Of a DNA stretch of 64,000 bases, positions 58,444-64,000 are shown piece after piece (the stretch's first letter is position 1; every line of letters begins with the position of its first letter). This stretch comes from an uncultured Thermoleophilia bacterium. Its GTDB lineage: Bacteria; Actinomycetota; Thermoleophilia; Miltoncostaeales; Miltoncostaeaceae. The stretch covers positions 1,532,274 to 1,596,273 of the forward strand of contig CAVZAI010000002.1 in assembly GCA_963773325.1 (NCBI GenBank), written 5' to 3'. The position numbers and the translations under genes are program-made. The notes below the pieces were generated by a model, which searched no databases, had not been told where the DNA came from, and saw only the letters and a list, made by a program, of their open reading frames with translations.

Positions 58444-58640
58444 ATGGCCGACGAGGCCAACGACCGGATCAGCCGATCCGAGGACCGCACGGTGCGCATC
58501 GTGCGGGGCGCGGTCGAGGTCGAACACGACCCGTCCGGGGCCCTCGTGCGGATCGTGGGCGGCCTGCAGAACGTCACAGCGCCCGAGCCGGTCACCGGCC
58601 GGCCAGCCGAGCTGCTCGCACGCACGCGTCGGCGTCCACA
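58444..58640 (+). pseudogene. possible PAS-domain gene fragment
   Basis: About 60 codons with high third-position GC encode ...EDRTVRIVRGAVEVEHDPSGALVRIVGGLQNVTAPE, which resembles the end of a PAS fold. No full-length gene surrounds it, and the 3' part degenerates and runs into paralog 3. Confidence 0.3.
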
Positions 58641-58725
58641 CTCTCGCCGGGACTCCGGACGGGGCGTCGTCGGGAGAGTCCGCGGACGGGTCAGGCCGGC
58701 ATCCGTTGCTCCTGCCGGACCCGCG

Positions 58726-59394
58726 TCAGGGTGACGGGCGGATCCACGTGTCCACGGCGGGGGCTGACGTTCTCACGTGGCCATCGGTGCGTGCGCCGAC
58801 GCCCGCGAGCCTCGGCATCATGAAGTAGGTCGCCTCGCAGGCGGCCGGCGCGGTCGCCTTCATGTACACGCCGTGCGCCATGGTGACGGTGACGGTGTGG
58901 TGCGCGCCGATGACCACGGGCACCGCCAACCGGGCGGCGATCGTGCGGGCTCGCGCGGATCCGTTCCACACGACACCCGAGGTCGCCGCGGAGCATCCGG
59001 CGCGCCGGGCCGTCTGGGCGCTGCTCGTGAACCCGGTCGCGTATGTCGTGTCGGACGGCAAGTCGAGGGCCGTCACTCGGACGCTGACGGTGTTGGGGTT
59101 GGCGATCGCAACCACGACGTCCCCGGTGCCACCCGGATAGACGGCCCGCACGCCCGAAACATGCGCGGCCGTGATCGACACGAGGTTGCGAGGGCCGGTG
59201 TGGCCCGAGGCAGCGGCACCGATTCCAGGCGCGTGACCGGCGGCCCAGGCCACGCCGGCGATGCCCACGGCGCCCACCACCACTCCGGCGAGACCCGTCC
59301 CCCAACGGGTCTTTCCCCCACGCCGCTTGCCGGGGTGGCGGTGGACCGCCGAACGGACAGTCCGGCGACGGTGTGCGAATGATGAAGCGGTCAT
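58726..59394 (-). CDS. paralog 3 (divergent) of the membrane-anchored beta-rich two-Cys protein family
   Basis: 222 aa from ATG 59394. Basic N-tail, a TM helix, PGGTGDVVVAIANPN, LPSDTTYATGFT, Cys...APAACEATYFMMP, and VDTWI near the C-terminus. The post-TM motif has diverged (VAWAAG). Confidence 0.65.
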   Translation of the reverse strand: MTASSFAHRRRTVRSAVHRHPGKRRGGKTRWGTGLAGVVVGAVGIAGVAWAAGHAPGIGAAASGHTGPRNLVSITAAHVSGVRAVYPGGTGDVVVAIANPNTVSVRVTALDLPSDTTYATGFTSSAQTARRAGCSAATSGVVWNGSARARTIAARLAVPVVIGAHHTVTVTMAHGVYMKATAPAACEATYFMMPRLAGVGARTDGHVRTSAPAVDTWIRPSP

Positions 59395-59500
59395 CACTTC
59401 CACGGTCGGCCAGGCTGCCGGGGTCCCCTAGTTTCCACCAAAAAACCCCAGCAGAACGTACAAGATGATCGCCGCGCGTTCCAGTCGAGATGTCGGGAAC

Positions 59501-59507
59501 CATCGGC
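59501..59507 (-). promoter_or_regulatory. GCCGATG element upstream of paralog 3
   Basis: Ends 106 nt upstream of ATG 59394, the same spacing as the TGCCGATA elements of paralogs 1 and 2. Confidence 0.3.
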
Positions 59508-60109
59508 GAATCAACGCGATGGGCGATCGTATCTCGCGGTGTCGACGCGGCGACTCACCGACGAGGCAATCCTCGACTCACGGGGAGCGCAGACCGTTCG
59601 TATGGCGGGCCTGCCGCACCGTCGCCGGTCGCCCGCGACCCCGCCGCCGCCCACGCGCCCGGTCTGCGCGACCGGGTCGCTGACCCGCCCGCGGTCGTTG
59701 TTCCGACGGACCCGAGGGCCACCACGTGACGTCGACGAGCAGCTGCAGGCGTCGGCGCCGAGTACGAACCGGCGCGTGGTCCGGTCGCCCTGTCCGGTCA
59801 AGGCGCGATCCATCGAGGGTACCCGGGGGGTCGCGCGGTGTCAGATACCCCGCGTGCTGGCACGCCGCCGGGACGTCCGGGGTTGGCGGGCGTCCGTGCG
59901 GCCGGCGTGCACCCCGCTGTTCCGACCGCACGGACCTGTCCGTGCGTACGTGGCGTGCCCCGGCCTGCCGCGCGATCCGAGGTGCGAATCCGCACGCAGT
60001 CGTCAGGCCCGCACTGGGGCGCCCTGACGTCCTCGGAGGGGTGGAACTCGGGCACGGTGGCCGCAGCGGGTGGCCCGTACCGGAGAACCGGGGTCGTGCG
60101 TCGTGCCGT

Positions 60110-60265
60110 TTACTTCTTCTCGGCCTCTCGGACCTCAGGGGTTGGGCCCTTGGTGATCTCCTCGCCCTCGTCCCCGTGGCCTTCCGCCGCGCGAATCTCG
60201 TGGGTGGGCCCGGACGCGAGTTCAGCCTCCTTGCGCCGGTCAGCCTCCCGTGATCCTTCGCTCAT
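60110..60265 (-). CDS. possible 51-aa highly charged small protein
   Basis: Not in the ORF track because it is under 60 aa. My own translation is MSEGSREADRRKEAELASGPTHEIRAAEGHGDEGEEITKGPTPEVREAEKK with a TAA stop. A purine-rich stretch GAAAGTAGG lies upstream. Confidence 0.3.
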   Translation of the reverse strand: MSEGSREADRRKEAELASGPTHEIRAAEGHGDEGEEITKGPTPEVREAEKK

Positions 60266-60506
60266 TCCGGTACCTACTTTCTGACGTGTGTCCCGAATGC
60301 TCGGTGCCTCCGGTCTAGCACGTCGCTCTCACGCCCTCCCAGGGGATCCGGCACGCGTTACGGAAAATCACCGGTATTACTGACAAGCCTGGATTCCGTC
60401 CGCGTCCCGGTCGACGCGTCGTCACACGCGGCGTCGACGGCGCCGGCGTTGGCGACGCGGATGGTGTGCGTCGCGCGATTGCTCCCTGGGCGGCGGCCGC
60501 AGCGAC

Positions 60507-60962
60507 TCAGTGTGGGCTCGCGTTCGGTTGTGCGCCGTTCGCGAGCATGACCCTGTTCCAGGCATTGATCGCCGTGATCACGACGACCAGCTGCCCGAGC
60601 GCGTCGTCTGGGAAATGGTCGGCCGCCTCGACATACGCAATCTCGGGCACGGGACCGGCTGGAAGCAGTGTCAGCGCCTCGGCGAGTCCCAGCGCGGCAC
60701 GCTCGCGATCCGTAAAGAACGGCGCCTCGCGCCAGACCGCGATGGCAAACAACGTGCGCTCCGGGACACCGGCCTTCTGCGCCAGTCCGCTGTGGAGATC
60801 CACGCAGTAGGCGCAGCCGTTGAGTTGCGAGACCCGCACCTTGACGATCTCGGCAAGTTCATGGTCGATGTCGGGCGTGGCACGGGTGAGTGCCGCGAGT
60901 GCGCGGTATGCGTCGGGCACGTCCCGTTTGATGTCGATGGCCGGAGCCGTCGCGGTTGCCAT
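60507..60962 (-). CDS. carboxymuconolactone decarboxylase (AhpD-like) family protein
   Basis: 151 aa. The CxxC-type motif VSQLNGCAYCVDLH is typical of the CMD/AhpD family. Confidence 0.85.
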   Translation of the reverse strand: MATATAPAIDIKRDVPDAYRALAALTRATPDIDHELAEIVKVRVSQLNGCAYCVDLHSGLAQKAGVPERTLFAIAVWREAPFFTDRERAALGLAEALTLLPAGPVPEIAYVEAADHFPDDALGQLVVVITAINAWNRVMLANGAQPNASPH

Positions 60963-61028
60963 GTTGTGTGCTCCTGTTCGGAGTGGTGATCTCGGAGACC
61001 GGCGTCACCGGTCCTCCGGCGTTCGGTA

Positions 61029-62104
61029 CTAGTGCCCGAATCGGACTTCGGGGAGCAGACGATGCAGCCAGGCCGGCCGCCACCATGCCCAGCGTCCGGC
61101 CACGCGCAGCGCCACCGGCACCAACAGCAGCCGCACCAGCACGGCATCGAGGGCGACGGCGACCCCGAGGATGATGCCCATCTCCTTCGGCGGAAGCGGG
61201 CCGGAGAGCGCGAAGGTGAAGAACACCGCGACCATGACGGCGCCCGCGGCAAGGATGACCCGCCCCGAGTGCGCCATGCCGCCGACCGCCGCCTCGTGCG
61301 GGTCGTGCGAGTGATCCCAGTGCTCCTTTGCCGAGGACAACAGGAACACGGTGTAGTCCATCGAGATCGCAAAGATCATCGCGAAGAAGAACACCGGCCC
61401 CAGGCGTCGAGGAACCCTTGGGACTGGAAGCCCAAGAACCCGGCGAGATCACCGTCTTGGAAGACGAGGCGCGCCACGCCGAACGCCGCGCCGGTGGCCA
61501 GCAGGCTCGTGAGCACCCCGATCGCCGCGACAATCGGGGCCTGCAACGCGACCAGCAGCAGGATGAATCCGAGGGCGAGGATTACCGCGATCACGATCGG
61601 GGTGTACTTCGACAGCGACGCCGCCAGATCGTGGTTCTCCGCAGCGGCTCCACCAACGAGGACGCCGGCCGGAAGCTCGGTCCGGAGCCGGTCGATCGTG
61701 GCGCCGGTGACCGGTGACGAGGGATCGGTCGTTGGAATCACCTGGAACAGTGCGAGGCCGTTCTGGCCCTGCAGCGCCGGAGTCACGCGCGCGACCCCGG
61801 GGTCGTGCTCGGCAACCCGTGCGGCCTGCGCCATCGCTTGCGGCGGACCGACGAGCTGGAGCGCACCCGGCGCACCGGTACCGAACGCGGTCTGGACCTG
61901 AGCGTATCCAACGCGCGACGAGTCGCTCGCCGGTACGACCTTGATGGACGGCATGCCGGTCTTGAGGCCGAACACCGGAACGGCGAGCGCGAGAAGGGCC
62001 AGCAAGGCCGGGACGCCATAGAGCGCCGGTCGTCGCCACAGGCGCTCGGCCCACGCCGCGAAGCGCGTGGACCTGTGCTCGCCGCTGTGGGCCCACGGCA
62101 ACAA
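61029..62104 (-). pseudogene. MMPL/RND-type transporter, C-terminal half only, with a frameshift
   Basis: ORF 61376..62104 (linker, TM, periplasmic domain, TM helices) and ORF 61029..61394 (FFFAMIFAISMDYTVFLL...WWRPAWLHRLLP) are consecutive parts of one MMPL second half. They are joined by a 1-nt frame change near 61385-61395 (GFLDAWG|PVFFFAM). No first half lies upstream. Confidence 0.65.
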
Positions 62105-62175
62105 CAGTGGAGAGGTGGCATGTGTCGGCAGGTGGTCTCACGCGCGATGTCAGTCGCTGGACGAGTGCTGGTAAT

Positions 62176-62196
62176 GAGACCCAGTCTCTCTATACT
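62176..62196 (+). promoter_or_regulatory. putative -10 (TATACT) and palindromic operator upstream of the metal ABC transporter
   Basis: GAGAC-CCA-GTCTC inverted repeat at 62176-62188 and TATACT at 62191-62196. The latter ends only 8 nt before ATG 62205, which suggests a leaderless or near-leaderless transcript. Confidence 0.35.
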
Positions 62197-62204
62197 CTGT
62201 CCTC

Positions 62205-63149
62205 ATGGTGCGTCGCGTACAGCTGCGCGGTCCGCTGCTCGTCACTGTCGTGCCGATGCTCGTGGCGCTGTGCGTGCTGCTCACCGGCTGTGGGGCCTCG
62301 TCGGCGAGCTTCTCGAAGCCCGGCGTGATCAACGCCGTCGGCGCCGAGAACGAGTACGCCGACGTACTCGCGCAAATCGGCGGCGCATACGTCCACGTGT
62401 CGTCGATCCTCAACAACCCGAATACCGACCCACACAGCTTTGAGGCCAGCCCGAGCGTCGCCGAGGAGGTGAGCCAGGCGCAGCTCATCGTCCAGAACGG
62501 GATCGGCTACGACACGTTCATGGACAAGATCGAGTCCGCGTCGCCCAATGCGCACCGGAAGGTCATCGTCGCGCAGCACGTACTCGGTCTTCCTGACAGC
62601 ACGCCGAACCCGCACCTGTGGTACTCGCCGGCAACGATGCCCGCGGTGGCCAAGGCCATGGCGGGCGCGCTGTCCGCGCTCGCGCCGGGCCACGCCGGGT
62701 ACTTCCAGGCCCGGCTGACGTCCTTCGACGCGTCCCTCCAGCCGTGGTTCCGCGCCATCGCGGCGTTCACGAGCGCCCACCCCGGTGCCACGGTCGCGAC
62801 CACTGAGCCCGTAGCCGACTACCTGCTGGAGGCAATGGGCATGCAGAACCGCACGCCGTCGGTCTTCCAGGCGGACGTCATGAACGGCGTGGATCCCGCT
62901 CCCGAGGACATCACCCTCATCAACGGGCTGCTCGCCACGCACCAGGTCAAGGTGTTCTGCTACAACCAGCAGGTCGTCGACTCGCTGACGGGCTCCATCC
63001 GGCAGCACGCGCGGTCCGCGGGCATCCCGATCGTTGGCGTCTACGAGACGATGCCGACGCCCGGCTATGACTATCAGGGCTGGATGCTCGCCGAGGTCGC
63101 GGCGATCACGGCTGCCGTGACGCACGGGACCTCGACGGAGCACCTCTGA
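62205..63149 (+). CDS. metal (Zn/Mn) ABC transporter substrate-binding lipoprotein (ZnuA/TroA family)
   Basis: Lipobox LLTGC, with DPHSFEASP and NPHLWYSP motifs. Confidence 0.85.
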   Translation: MVRRVQLRGPLLVTVVPMLVALCVLLTGCGASSASFSKPGVINAVGAENEYADVLAQIGGAYVHVSSILNNPNTDPHSFEASPSVAEEVSQAQLIVQNGIGYDTFMDKIESASPNAHRKVIVAQHVLGLPDSTPNPHLWYSPATMPAVAKAMAGALSALAPGHAGYFQARLTSFDASLQPWFRAIAAFTSAHPGATVATTEPVADYLLEAMGMQNRTPSVFQADVMNGVDPAPEDITLINGLLATHQVKVFCYNQQVVDSLTGSIRQHARSAGIPIVGVYETMPTPGYDYQGWMLAEVAAITAAVTHGTSTEHL

Positions 63150-63985
63150 TGGGGCGCGAGTCGTCAGTGGCGCGCGAGGTCCCCGTGCTTGAGGTCGAGG
63201 ACGTCAGCGTGGCGTATTCGGGTCGGACGATCCTCGACGCCGTGAGCTTCGAGGTTCGCGCCGGTGAGTTCACGGGCCTGATCGGGTCAAACGGCGTCGG
63301 GAAGACGACCCTGCTGCGCGTCGTCCTCGGGCTCCAGCGTCCGGGCTCCGGCGGGGTCCGTGTGCTCGGCGCGCCGCGGGCGCGGCGCGGCCGAGCGCTC
63401 GGGTACGTCCCGCAGAAGGTCCTGCTGGATCCGGATGTGCCGATGCGCGCGCGCGACCTCGTCGCCCTCGGCATCGACGGGCACCGCTTCGGGGTCGGGC
63501 GACGCTCGAAGCACCAACGCGAGCGGGTCGACCAGATGCTCCACGCCGTCGACGCCGAGCGGTTCGCGAACAGCCGCGTCGGCCGTCTCTCCGGCGGTGA
63601 ACAGCAGCGCGTGCTGATCGCCCACGCCCTGATCAGCCAGCCGAAGTTGCTGCTGCTCGATGAGCCACTGGCGAACCTCGATCCCAAGAGCGTGCAGGAG
63701 ATCGTCGCATTGCTGCATCGCCTGTCCACCGACCAGGACGTCGCGATCCTTCTGTCTGCACATGAGATGAACGCGCTTCTCCCGGTCATGGATCGAATCG
63801 TCTATCTCTCCGGCGGTCGGGCGGCCAGCGGGACGACCGACGAGGTCGTCCGACCCGAGGTCCTCAGCAAGCTCTACGGCCACCACGTCGACGTGCTGCG
63901 GCTCCATGGACGCGTGCTGGTGGTGGCCGAGCCGGGCGCCGGCGGTCACGACATTCCCGACCATCCGCCGCTGACGGTCGTCTGA
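63149..63985 (+). CDS. metal ABC transporter ATP-binding protein (ZnuC-like)
   Basis: Walker A GSNGVGKTT, signature LSGGEQQRV, Walker B LLLLDEP. The start overlaps the stop of the binding-protein gene. Confidence 0.9.
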   Translation: MGRESSVAREVPVLEVEDVSVAYSGRTILDAVSFEVRAGEFTGLIGSNGVGKTTLLRVVLGLQRPGSGGVRVLGAPRARRGRALGYVPQKVLLDPDVPMRARDLVALGIDGHRFGVGRRSKHQRERVDQMLHAVDAERFANSRVGRLSGGEQQRVLIAHALISQPKLLLLDEPLANLDPKSVQEIVALLHRLSTDQDVAILLSAHEMNALLPVMDRIVYLSGGRAASGTTDEVVRPEVLSKLYGHHVDVLRLHGRVLVVAEPGAGGHDIPDHPPLTVV

Positions 63986-64000
63986 CACGCATGCACGTCC

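Noticed and set aside
59966-59985. A tRNA-like T-arm (GGTGCGAATCCGCAC).
   Set aside because: The loop is 4 nt rather than 7, and no acceptor, D or anticodon arms can be built around it.
59900-60105. A cobalamin-riboswitch-like string on the plus strand (GGTGCGAATCC ... CCCGCACTG ... CCGGAGAACCGG).
   Set aside because: The AGGGAA element is missing, the B12-box-like part is imperfect, and GGTGCGAATCCGCAC folds as a simple hairpin on its own. No plus-strand gene follows for 2 kb. The call would need cmsearch with the cobalamin riboswitch model, and I do not call it.
51702-62104. A mobile genetic element or genomic island responsible for the decayed region.
   Set aside because: No integrase, transposase, tRNA attachment site or flanking direct or inverted repeats could be identified by eye. 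Only the gene remnants themselves were seen, so the mechanism is left open.

Overview
High-GC (~70%) chromosomal window with frequent GTG/TTG starts and many 4-nt stop/start overlaps, in the style of an aerobic Actinomycetota-like organism (the taxon is inference only). I support about 70 protein-coding genes and found no rRNA, tRNA, CRISPR array, transposase or integrase. From 0 to 27 kb the content is housekeeping and accessory: GerW-like protein, AlkA-like glycosylase, FAD oxidoreductase, a BNR beta-propeller coupled to a MoaD/ThiS-like GG protein, PadR, NfeD, an acyl-CoA-ligase/PaaI/SDR operon, a GT39 glycosyltransferase, a tandem CapA pair, an LLM-adenylating-enzyme fusion, and an SF2 helicase. 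From 27 to 50 kb there is a dense respiratory and heme block: glcDEF, ctaB, ctaC, ctaD (with an unusual about 280-aa C-terminal extension), ctaE, a cytochrome c lipoprotein, a UbiA prenyltransferase, ccmABCD, sirC, hemA (reading frame broken), hemC (no canonical start for its conserved N-terminus), cobA-hemD, and a DUF62-type SAM hydrolase. From 51.7 to 62.1 kb lies a decayed, accessory-looking region. It holds the most interesting signal: three dispersed paralogs (about 220 aa) of a membrane-anchored, Thr/Ser/Ala-rich, two-Cys protein that I cannot assign to a family. A small FN3-like protein shares their post-TM motif A-T-x-W-T-V. A GAF-PucR regulator lies between two copies. All three copies carry GCCGAT 105-106 nt upstream of the ATG. 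I read this as a candidate undescribed cell-surface fibre or adhesin module, only loosely TasA/camelysin-like by architecture. Each copy abuts a gene remnant (YeiH-like, VOC-like, PAS-like). The window ends with a truncated, frameshifted MMPL gene and a ZnuA/ZnuC-type metal ABC transporter. All functional calls rest on motif recognition in the supplied ORF translations. No database search was run.
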